Source of the DNA: Mobula hypostoma
Taxonomy: Eukaryota
Assembly: GCF_963921235.1 (NCBI RefSeq)
Contig: NC_086098.1
Location: 1,488,001 to 1,552,000, forward strand
Reading direction: 5' to 3'
Length of the DNA stretch: 64,000 nucleotides
Within the stretch, counting starts at the first letter, position 1. Every line of letters starts with the position of its first letter. Under the pieces are notes generated by a model. The model was given only the letters and a program-made list of their open reading frames with translations, made no database searches and was not told the DNA's origin. Shown here piece after piece: positions 21,437-32,400 of this stretch. Position numbers and translations under genes: made by a program.

Positions 21437-24400
21437 ACTTAGAAACATAGAAAACCTACAGCACAATACAGGCCCTTCGGCCCACAAAGTTGTGCCAAAC
21501 ATGTCCCTATCTTACAAATTACTAGGCTTACCCATAGCCCTTTATTTTTCTAAGCTCCTATCCAAAAGTCTCTTAAAATACCCTATGGTATCCACCTCCA
21601 CCACCGTTGCCGGCAGCCCATTCCATGCACTCACCACTCTCTGAGTAAAAAACTTACCCCTAACATCTCTTCTGTACCTACTCCCCAGCACGTTAAACTT
21701 GTGTCCTCCTGTGGCAACCATTTCAGCCCTGGGAGAAAGCCTCTGACTATCCACACGATCAATGCCTGTCAATGCGGACTCACTCTTATGTTTGAAGAAT
21801 AAATTGGATAGATATATGGATGGGAGAGGTCTGGAGGGTTATGGACTGGATGCAGGTCAATGGGACTAGCAGAATAATGTTTCGGCACAGACTAGAAGGG
21901 CCGAATGGCCTGTTTTCTGTACCGTAGTGTTCTGTGGTTCTATCATCTTATACACCTCTATCAGGTCACCTCTCAGCCTTCATCGCACCAGGGAGAAAAG
22001 GCCAAGTTCACTCAACCGGTGTTCATAAGGCATGCTCCCGAATCCAGGCAACATCCTTGTAAATCTCTAGGAAGAGGTGCAGTCGACGTTTCAGGCCGAG
22101 ACCCTTCGTCAGGGCTAACTGCACTCTTCCTTCAGTTAGTCCTGACGAAGGGTCTCCCCCTGAAACGGTCTCTTCCTACAGATGCTGCCTGGCCTGCTGC
22201 GTTCACCAGCAACTTTGATGTGTGTTGCTTGAATTTCCAGCATCTGCAGAATTCCTGTTGTTATCCTTGTAAATCTCCTCTGCACCCTTTCTATGGCTTC
22301 CATATCCTTCCTGTAGTGAGGTGACCAGAACTGAGCACAGTACTCCTAGTGGGGTCTGACCAGGGTCCTATATAGCTACAACATTACCTCTTGGCTCCAA
22401 AATTCAATTCCATGATTGATGGAGGCCAATACACCGTATGCCTTCTTAACTATAGAGTCAACCTGCGCAGCTGCTTTGAGCGTCCTATGAACTTGGACCT
22501 CAAGATCCCTGTGATCCTCCACACTGCCAAGAGTCTTACTATTGATACTATATTCTGCCATCGTATTTGACCAACCAAAAGGAACCACTTCACACTTATC
22601 TGGGTGAACTCCATCTGCCACCTCTCAGCCCAGTTTTGCATCCTATCAATGTCCCGCTGTAACCTCTGACAGCCCTCCACATTATCCATAACACCTCCAA
22701 CCTTTCTGTCATCAGCAAACTTAATAACCCATCCCTCCACTTCCTCATCCAGGTCATTTATAAAAGTCACGAAGAGTAAGGGTCCCAGAACAGATCCCTG
22801 AGGCACACCACTGGTTACAGACCTCCATGCAGAATATGACCCATCTACAACCACATTTTGCCTTCTGTGAGCAAGCCAATTCTGGATCCACAAAGCAATG
22901 TCCCCTTGGATCCCATGCCTCCTTACTTTCTCAATAAGCCTTGCATGGGGTACCTTATCAAATGCCTTGCTGAAATCCATGTACACTACATCTACTGCTC
23001 TTCCTTCATCAATGTGTTTAGTCACATTCTCAAAAAATTCAATCAGGCTTGGAAGGCACGACCTGCCCTTGACAAAGCCATGCTGACTATTCCTAATCAT
23101 ATTATACCTCTCCAAATGTTCATAAATCCTGCCTCTCAGTATCTTCTCCATCAACTTAAGACTCACTGGTTTATAATTAACTGGGCTATCTCTACTCCCT
23201 TTCTTGAATGAAGGAACTACATCCGCAACCCTCCAATTCTCCGGAACCTCTCCCGTCGCCATTGATGATGCAAAGATCATTGCTGGTCCTGGTGACTTAT
23301 CCAACTTGATGCTTTCTAAACCTCCAGCACATCGTTTTTCTTAATATTTACATGCTCAAGCTTTTCAGTCTGCTTCAAGTCATCACTACAATCACCAAGA
23401 TCCTTTTTCATAGTGAATACTGAAGTAACGTATTCATTCAGTACCTCTGCTATTTCCTCCGGTTCCATACACACTTCCCCACTGTCACACTTGATAGGTC
23501 CTATTCTTTCACGTCTTATCCTCTTGCTCTTCACATACTTGTAGAATGCCTTGGGATTTTCCTTAATCCTGCCCGCCAAGGCCTTCTCATGGCCCCTTCT
23601 GGCTCTCCTAATTTCCTTCTTAAGCTCCTTCCTGTTAGCCTTATAATCTTCTGTACCCCTAACATTACCTAGTTCTCTGAACCTTTTGTAAGCTTTTTTT
23701 TCTTGACTAGATTTATGACAGCCTTTGTACACCACAGTTCCTGTACCCTACCATAACCTCCCTGTCTTATTGGAACGTACCTATGCAGATCTCCACAGAA
23801 AATATCCCCTGAACGTTTGCCACATTTCTTGCATACTTTTCCCTGAGAACATCTGTTCCCAATTTAAGCTTCCAATTTCCTGCCTGATAGCCTCATAATT
23901 CGCCTTACTCCAATTAAACACTTTTCTAACTGGTCTTTTCCTATCTCTCTCCAACGCTATTGTAAAAGAGATAGAATTATGATCACTATCTCCAAAATGC
24001 TCTCCTGCTGAGAGATTTGACACCTGACCAGGTTCATTTCCCAATACCAAATCAAGTACAGCCTCTCCTCTTGTTGGCTTACCTACATACTGTGTCAAGA
24101 AACCTTCCTGAACACACCTAACAAACTCCACCCCTCTAAACCCCTTGCTCTAGGGAGATGTCAATCGATATTTGGGAAATTAAAATCTCCCATCACGACA
24201 ACTCTGTTATTATTACACCTTTCCAGGATCTGTTTCCCTATCTGCTGCTTGATATCTCTGTTACTATTGGACAGCCTATAAAAAACACCCTGTAAAGTTA
24301 TTGATCCCTTCCTGTTCCTAACCTCCACCCACAGAGACTCCACAGACAATCCCTCCATGATGTCCACCTTTTCTGCAGCCGTGACACTATCTCTGATCAA

Positions 24401-24572
24401 CAGTGCCACGCCCCCACCTCTTTTGCCTCCCTCCCTGTCCCTTCTGTAACATCTAAAGCCTGGCACTCGAAGTAACCATTCCTGCCCCTGAGTCATCCAA
24501 GTCTCTGTAATGGCCACAACATCATAGCTCCAAATACTGATCAACACTCTAAGCTCATCTGCTTTGTTTACT
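21437..24572 (-). mobile_element. CR1 LINE, nearly full ORF2 (APE + RT), pseudogenised, with two nested inserts
   Basis: NKADEL...YDVVAITETW, GDFNFP, SDH, QHGF, GVPQGSVLGP, FADD, FFTQRVVSAWNGLP; inserts at ~21772-21941 (CR1 3' end, +) and 22068-22262 (PLE). Confidence 0.95.
22068..22262. mobile_element. Penelope-like insertion with two inverted terminal-repeat/hammerhead halves
   Basis: Perfect 15-bp TSD ATCCTTGTAAATCTC (22053-22067, 22263-22277); inverted repeat 22098-22121 / 22133-22156. Confidence 0.85.
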
Positions 24573-24576
24573 GGTA

Positions 24577-25277
24577 TGTTGCTGAGAGTTAATATTGTTG
24601 GATTCTGATATCTTTGATGCAATGTTCTTTTGGAAATCAAGAAAGAGGCATAAAACTTGTTAGTTCACGATTGTTTTATTGAGTACTAAGGGAACAAAGA
24701 GATTGGAAATATCTAGTAGCAGAGGTCTAGGATCTAAGAACAAAGAACCGAAAAGACGTTGGGCCAGTGTGTTCAGCTCTTCTTATACCAGAGATAAGAG
24801 TCACTCCATTCAAATTTGTAGATTGGAGGTAACCAGATAGCTCGTCTTCAAAAAATGCAATCCCAGAGAAGCTTCCAGAGTGATACAGTTACATGTATAT
24901 AAGTAGTTATATAAGATATATGCAGAGAAACAAGTCAAGCATCAAGGGAGGGAGAGAATGTTGACTCAGACCATGAGAGACCTGCATCGGGCATTTTTAT
25001 GCCTTACAAGGTGCAGATTGGAAGTCAGTGTGGGGCGCCACTCCTCACACAGACACTAGAGCAATGTGTGGTTAAGTGCCTTGCTCAAGGACAGAAAACA
25101 CGCTGCCACAACTGAGGCTCGAACTAGCGACCTTCAGATCACTAGATGAATGCCTTAACCACTTGGCCGCATGGTAAGCATCAAAGAAAGTAACAATTAT
25201 ATGCAATTATAAGTAACATACTTATCCAAAAGCATGCTAATAATGAGAAGGTCAGAAGGAGAAATTGAACCCCAACA
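24577..25277 (-). mobile_element. Probable solo LTR
   Basis: TGTTG...CAACA termini (alternative left end tgttgg at 24596); on the minus strand a TATA-like TATAAG (~24785) precedes AATAAA (~24678); no clean TSD. Confidence 0.45.
24946..25175 (-). mobile_element. tRNA-derived SINE with CORE-like middle
   Basis: Minus strand A-box-like gcggccaagtgg, B-box-like gttcgagcc, then tgtccttgagcaaggcacttaacc and a (TCCC)n tail; 9-bp TSD AAGCATCAA (24937-24945, 25176-25184). Confidence 0.8.
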
Positions 25278-25409
25278 GCTTAATGATGGAAAAAAGCTTC
25301 ATCAATGATTATCCCGCTGTCATTAAGCTGTGAGTGGGGAGAATGCTGATAGTGTCAAACTGTTCACTTCCATTCATATCCTCTTCGATGGTAACCAACT
25401 GAAAACCTA

Positions 25410-25960
25410 ATTGCATGGACCAGAAACTGCTCTGTGGTGGATGGAAGGGCTCTACAATGGGCAGTCAAAATTGCCAACGCATCACCTGCACCAGCCTACC
25501 CCCCATTAAGGATGCATACACAGAAAGGTGCCAGAAAAGGGCCAGTAACATCATGAAGGATCACACCCACCCGGCTCATGGATTGTTTGTCCCACTCCAT
25601 CAGGAAGGAGGATACATAACGTCCACACCAGGACTCCTAGATTCAAGACAATTACTTTCCCCAAGTAGTAAGGCTGATCAATACCTCCACGCACTAACCC
25701 ACCCCTCCACACTCCCAAACACCACTACTTAATCACTTCCTCTCAGAGTCACCCGATATACAAACACTCCTGTGCTTAGTGTCACTTTATGGACATGCAA
25801 TCTATGTATATCTTATGTATTTATATTTATTGTGTTTTTTATTATTGTGTTCTTCATCTTATTGAGTTTTTTGTGCAGCATCAGATTTGAAGTAATTATT
25901 TGGTTCTTTTTTATACTTATGTACTTGAATTGACATTAACCAATCTTAAATCTTGAATAG
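25410..25960 (+). mobile_element. Rex1/Babar-type LINE 3' fragment
   Basis: ITCTSLPPIKDAYTERCQKRASNIMKDHTHPAHGLFVPL; AT-rich UTR. Confidence 0.7.
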
Positions 25961-25984
25961 CAAGATGTTGGGCATTTTCCATAA

Positions 25985-26870
25985 CACCACACAACATAGG
26001 AGCAGACTAAGGCCAGTTAGCTGATTGAGACCACTCTGCCTTTCCATCATTATCCCTTTCAACCACATTCTTTTGCCTTCTCTCCATAACCTTTGACACT
26101 CTTACTTATCCAAAACTCATCAATCTCTGCTTTAAATCTACCCAATGGCTTGGCCTCCACAGCTGTCTGTGACAAAGAGTTCCACAGATTCACCATCCTC
26201 CGTCTAAAAATCTCTGTTCTAAAGGGATGTCTTTTATTCTGAGGCTGTGCCCTCTGGTCCTAGACTTCCCCACTATTGGAAGCATCCTTTGCATATCCAC
26301 TCTATCTTGACCTTTCAATAATCCCCTCTTAATGAAGTAGGTACAGAGGGGATGCCAGGGGTAAGTTCTTTACGCAGAGAGTGGTGAGTGTATGGAATGG
26401 GCTGCCGGCGATTGTGGTGGAGGCCGATATGATAGGATCTTTTAAGAGGCTCCTGGATAGGTACATGGAGCTTAGAAAAATAGAGGGCTATGGCTAACCC
26501 TAGGTTTGGCACAGCATTGTGTGCCGAAGGGCCTGTATTGTGCTGTAGGTTTTCTATGTTTCTATTTTTCTGAATTCCAGTGATTACAGACCCAGCAACA
26601 TCAATTGGTTCTCATATGGTAATCCTTTCATTCCTGGGATCATTCTGGGCCCTCTCCAATATCAGCAGATCCTTTCTTAGATACGGGGAACAGAACTGCT
26701 CACATTACTCCAAATATGGTGTGACCAGTGCTTTATAAGCCTCAATATTACATCCTTGCTTTTATATTCTTGTTCTCTCAAAATGAATGCTAACATTGCA
26801 TTTGCCTTCCTCACCATTGACTCAAACTGCAAGTTAACCATTAGGGAATGCTGCATGAGGACATACAATT
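25985..26870 (-). mobile_element. CR1 3' part with an opposite-orientation CR1 3' end nested at ~26330-26565
   Basis: VNLQFESMVRKANAMLAFI on minus; plus-strand insert ends ttttctatgtttcta. Confidence 0.75.
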
Positions 26871-26884
26871 CCCTTTACACTTTA

Positions 26885-27005
26885 AGGCTCTTGACCTGAA
26901 ATGTTGACTGTTTCCTCTTTTCCATAGATGCTGCCTGGCCTGCTGAGTTCCTCCAGCATTTTGTGTTGCTTGGATTTCCAGCACCTGCAGATTTTCTCTT
27001 GTTTT
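26885..27005 (+). mobile_element. Penelope-like terminal-repeat fragment
   Basis: catagatgctgcctggcctgctgagttcctccagcattttgtgttgcttggatttccagca matches the other PLE ends. Confidence 0.7.
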
Positions 27006-27214
27006 CCCTCTACACTGTGAGGGGTTTTCTATGAAGGCTTGGATTGACATAGCAGGTAAATTTATGACTAAGAGAAAAATCACACATCTTTATTGCATCT
27101 CTCAAGATCGCAGTATTTTGCAGAGTCAGCGACATACATTTATTTTATTTTTATTGTTATTATTATTTAAAGATACAGGCTCCCAGTGAACTGCAGCACT
27201 TCAGCAACACACTT

Positions 27215-29056
27215 GTCATAGTCATTTTCATACTTTATTGATCCCGGGGGAAACTGGTTTTCGTTACAGTTGCACCATAAATAATAAATAGTAATAGAAC
27301 CATAAATAGTTAAATAGTAATATGTAAATTATGCCAGTAAATTATGAGATAAGTCCAGGACCGGCCTATCGGCTCAGGGTGTCTGACCCTCCAAGGGAGG
27401 AGTTGTAAAGTTTGATGGCCACAGGCAGGAATGACTTCCTATGACGCTCAGTGCTGCATCTCGGTAGAATGAGTCTCTGGCTGAACGTACTCCTGTGCCC
27501 ACCCAGTACATTATGTAGTAGATGGGAGACATTGTCCAAGATGGCATGCAACTTAGACAGCATCCTCTTTTCAGACACCCCCGTCAGAGAGTCCAGTTCC
27601 ATCCCCACAACATCACTGGCCTTACGAATGAGTTTGTTGATTCTGTTGGTGTCTGCCACCCTCAGTCTGCTGCCCCAGCACACAACAGCAAACATGATAG
27701 CACTGGCCACCACAGACTCATAGAACATCCTCAGCATCGTCCAGTAGATGTTAAAGAACCTCAGGAAATAGAGACAGCTCTGACCCTTCTTGTAGACAGC
27801 CTCAGTGTTCTTTGACCAGTCCAGTTTATTGTCAATTCGTATCCCCAGGTATTTGTAATCCTCCACCATGTCCACACTGACCCCCTGGATGGAAACAGGG
27901 GTCACCGGTACCTTAGCTCTCCTCAGGTCTACCACCAGCTCCTTAGTCTTTTTCACATTAAGCTGCAGATAATTCTGCTCACACCATGTGACAAAGTTTC
28001 CTACCGTAGCCCTGTACTCAACCTCATCTCCCTTGCTGATGCATCCAACTATGGCAGAGTCATCCGAAAACTTCTGAAGATGACAAGACTCTGTGCAGTA
28101 GTTGAAGTCTGAGGTGTAAATGGTGAAGAGGAAGGGAGACAAGACAGTCCCTTGTGGAGCCCCAGTGCTGCTGATCACTCTGTCGGACACACAGTGTTGC
28201 AAGCACACGTACTGTGGTCTGCCAGTCAGGTAATCAAGAATCCATGATACCAGGGAAGCATCCACCTGCATCGCTGTCAGGTTCTCCCCCAGCAGAGCAG
28301 GGCGGATGGTGTTGAACGCACTGGAGAAGTTAAAAAACATGACCCTCACAGTGCTCGCTGGCTTGTCCAGGTGGGCGTAGAGACAGTTCAGCAGGTAGAC
28401 GATGGCATCCTCAACTCCTAGTCAGGGCTGGTATGCGAACTGGAGGGGATCTAAGTGTGGCCTGACCATAGGCCGGAGCAGCTCCAGAACAAGTCTCTCC
28501 AGGGTCTTCATGATGTGGGAGGTCAATGCCACCAGTCTGTAGTCATTGAGGCCGCTGGGGTGCAGCATCTTCGGCACAGGGACGAGGCCGGACGTCTTCC
28601 ACAGTACAGGAACCCTCCGGAGCCTCAGGCTCATGTTGAATACATGGCGAAGTACTCCACATTGCTGAGGGGCACAGGCTTTGAGCACCCTGGTACGATA
28701 CCATCCGGTCCTGCAGCCTTGCTTGGGTTGAGACGTTTCAACTGTCTTCTCACCTGTTCAGCCATGAAGCCCACCGTGGTGGTTTTGTGTGGGGGAGGGG
28801 TATAGTCATGAGAGCAGGGTGGGGGACTGTGAGGAGCGGTAGGAGGGGAGAGTGGAACATGTGTTGGTTGGGGGCTGACAACAGATGGCTCATGTGGGGG
28901 ATGGGCAGGGGTCACAATGTCAAATCTGTTAAAGAACAGGTTAAGTTCGTTGGCCCTGTCCACACTGCCTTCAGTTCCTCTGTTGCTAGTTTGCCGGAAC
29001 CCAGTGATGGTCCTCATCCCCTCCAGACCTCTCTCATGTTGTTCTGCTGGAGTTTC
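27215..29056 (-). mobile_element. Rex1/Babar-clade LINE, 5'-truncated RT ORF (largest open piece 27366-28349)
   Basis: KAAGPDG, LNDYRLVALTSHIMKTLERL, DPLQFAY, FSSAFNTI, STGAPQGTVLSPFLF, LQKFSDDSAIVG; 3' end cccgggatcaataaagta followed by a short tandem tail. Confidence 0.92.
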
Positions 29057-29264
29057 CCTAGCCTAAACACAGAACAACTTACAATGACCAATCAAACATC
29101 ATTTTCCAATTATACGGCCAATTACAATGGACTTTTCCAGTTTCAACAGTTTTCCAGATAACCCCAAAAGAATAGGTCAGCGACTGAGGTGCACTTTTCT
29201 ATTCACCCAACTCTGAAAACTTCAAAGCATCGCCATTTGGAAGGCTCAAGTCATGAAGTACTCA

Positions 29265-29435
29265 CCACATGTTAGTGTAGCATCACTTTACAATTCAGTG
29301 TTGCCCAATCAGGGTTCAATTCCCACTGCTGTTTGTAAGGAACCTCTACATTCTTCCCATGACTCCGGGGTCTCTGATTTCCTCCTCTGTTGGAAAGATG
29401 TATAGGTTAGAGTTACTGAGTTGTCGGCATGCTAC
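29265..29435 (+). mobile_element. tRNA-derived V-type SINE, 5' part, running directly into the satellite
   Basis: Degenerate head gttagtgtagc..cactttaca; B box GGTTCAATTCC (29313-29323); V-domain-like tgtaagga..tacattcttcccatgactccggg..ctctgatttcctcc...aaagatgtataggttag. Confidence 0.7.
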
Positions 29436-32400
29436 GTTAGAGTTACTGAATTCCTGGCATGCCACGTTAGAGTTGCTGAGTTCCCGGCATGCCACGTTAG
29501 AGTTACTGAGTTCTCGGCATGCGATGTTAGAGTTACTGAGTTCTCGACATGCCATGTTAGAGTTACTGAGTTACCGGCACGCTATGTTAGGGTTACTGAG
29601 TTCCCAGCATGCTACGTTAGAGTTACTGAGTTCCTGGCATGCCACGTCAGAGTTACTGAGTTCCCGGCATGCCATGTTAGAGTTACTGAGTTCTCGACAT
29701 GCCATGTTAGAGTTACTGAGTTCCTGGCACGTTAGAGTTACTGAGTTCCCGGCATGCTATGTTAGAGTTACTGAGTTCTCGGCATGCCATGTCAGAGTTA
29801 CTGAGTTCTTGGCGTGCGATGTTAGAGTTACTGAATTCCCGGCATGCCATGTTAGAGTTACTGAGTTCCCGGCATGCCACGTTAGAGTTACTGGGTTCTC
29901 AGCATGCCATGTTAGAGTTACTGAGTTCCCGGCATGCCACGTTAGAGTTACTGAGTCCCCGGCGTGCGATGTTAGAGTTACTGAGTTCCCAGCTCGCCAC
30001 GCTAGAGTTACTGAGTTCCCGGCATGCCATGTTAGAGTTACTGAGTTCGCGGCATGCCATGTTAGAGTAACTGAGTTCCCGGCATGCAATGTTAGAGTTA
30101 CTGAGTTCCCGGCATGCCATGTTAGAGTACTGAGTTCCCGGCATGCCAAGTTAGAGTTACTGAGTTCCTGGCATGCTACGTTAGAGTTACTGAGTTCCCG
30201 GCATGCCATGTTAGAGTTACTGAGTTCTCAACATGCGATGTTAGAGTTACTGAGTTCCCGGCATGCCATGTTAGAGTTACTGAGTTCCCGGCGTGCGATG
30301 TTAGAGTTACTGAGTTCCCGGCATGCTACGTTAGAGTTACTGAGTTCCCGGCATGCCATGTTAGAGTTACTGAGTTCTCAACATGCGATGTTAGAGTTAC
30401 TGAGTTCCCGGCATGCCACGTTAGAGTTACTGAGTCCCCGGCGTGCGATGTTAGAGTTACTGAGTTCCCAGCTCGCCACGCTAGAGTTACTGAGTTCCCG
30501 GCATGCCATGTTAGAGTTACTGAGTTCACGGCATGCCATGTTAGAGTTACTGAGTTCACGGCATGCCATGTTAGAGTTACTGAGTTCTCGGCATGCCATG
30601 TTAGAGTTACTGAGTTCCTGGCACGTTAGAGTTACTGAGTTCCCGGCATGCTATGTTAGAGTTACTGAGTTCTCGGCATGCCATGTTAGAGTTACTGAGT
30701 TCCCGGCATGCCACGTTAGAGTTACTGAGTCCCCGGCGTGCGATGTTAGAGTTACTGAGTTCCCAGCTCGCCACGCTAGAGTTACTGAGTTCCCGGCATG
30801 CCATGTTAGAGTTACTGAGTTCCCGGCATGCCATGTTAGAGTTACTGAGTTCGCGGCATGCCATGTTAGAGTTACTGAGTTCTCGGCATGCCATGTTAGA
30901 GTAACTGAGTTCCCGGCATGCAATGTTAGAGTACTGAGTTCCCGGCATGCCACGTTAGAGTTACTGAGTTCCCGGCATGCTACGTTAGAGTTACTGAGTT
31001 CCCGGCGTGCGATGTTAGAGTTACTGAGTTCCCGGCGTGCGATATTAGAGTTACTGAGTTCCCGGCACGCTACATTAGAGTTACTGAGTTCCTGGCATGC
31101 TACGTTAGAGTTACTGAGTTCCCGGCATGCCATGTTAGAGTTACTGAGTTCTCAACATGCGATGTTAGAGTTACTGAGTTCCCGGCATGCCATGTTAGAG
31201 TTACTGAGTTCCCGGCATGCTATGTTAGAGTTACTGAGTTCCCAGCACGCTACGTTAGAGTTACTGAGTTCCCGGCATACCACATTAGAGTTACTGAGTT
31301 CTCGGCATGCCATGTTAGAGTTACTGAGTTCCCGGCATGCCATGTTAGAGTTACTGAGTTCCCGGCTAGCTATGTTAGAGTTACAGAGTTCCCAGCATGC
31401 TACGTTAGAGTTACTGAGTTCCCGGCACGCTACATTAGAGTTACTGAGTTCCTGGCATGCTACGTTAGAGTTACTGAGTTCCCGGCATGCCATGTTAGAG
31501 TTACTGAGTTCTCGGCATGCCATGTTAGAGTTACTGAGTTCCCGGCATGCCATGTTAGAGTTACTGAGTTCTCGGCATGCGATGTTAGAGTTACTGAGTT
31601 CCTGGCATGCTACGTTAGAGTTACTGAGTTCCCGGCATGCCATGTTAGAGTAACTGAGTTCCCGGCATGCAATGTTAGAGTTACTGAGTTCCCGGCATGC
31701 CATGTTAGAGTTACTGAGTTCCCGGCATGCCATGTTAGAGTAACTGAGTTCCCGGCATGCAATGTTAGAGTTACTGAGTTCCCGGCATGCCATGTTAGAG
31801 TTACTGAGTTCCTGGCATGCTACGTTAGAGTTACTGAGTTCCCGGCGTGCCATGTTAGAGTTACTGAGTTCACGGCGTGCGATGTTAGAGTTACTGAGTT
31901 CCCGGCACGCTACGTTAGAGTTACTGAGTTACTGGCATGCAACGTTAGAGTTACTGAGTTGCCGGCATGCTATGTTAGAGTTACTGAGTTCCCAGCACGC
32001 TACGTTAGAGTTACTGAGTTCCCGGCATGCCATGTTAGAGTTACTGAGTTCTCGAAATGCCATGTTAGAGTTACTGAGTTCCCGGCATGCCATGTTAGAG
32101 TTACTGAGTTCCCGGCTAGCTATGTTAGAGTTACTGAGTTCCCAGCATGCTACGTTAGAGTTACTGAGTTCCTGGCATGCCACGTTAGAGTTACTGAGTT
32201 CCCGGCATGCCATGTTAGAGTTACTGAGTTCTCGGCATGCCATGTTAGAGTTACTGAGTTCCCGGCATGCCATGTTAGAGTTACTGAGTTCTCGGCATGC
32301 GATGTTAGAGTTACTGAGTTCCTGGCATGCTACGTTAGAGTTACTGAGTTCCCGGCATGCCATGTTAGAGTAACTGAGTTCCCGGCATGCAATGTTAGAG

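Noticed and set aside
24946..25175. tRNA gene
   Set aside because: A/B boxes are present but there is no convincing cloverleaf; a SINE body, tail and TSD follow.
4536..28805. Many 60-120 aa ORFs antisense to or overlapping the LINE ORFs
   Set aside because: Shadow frames of CR1 and Rex1/Babar coding sequence.
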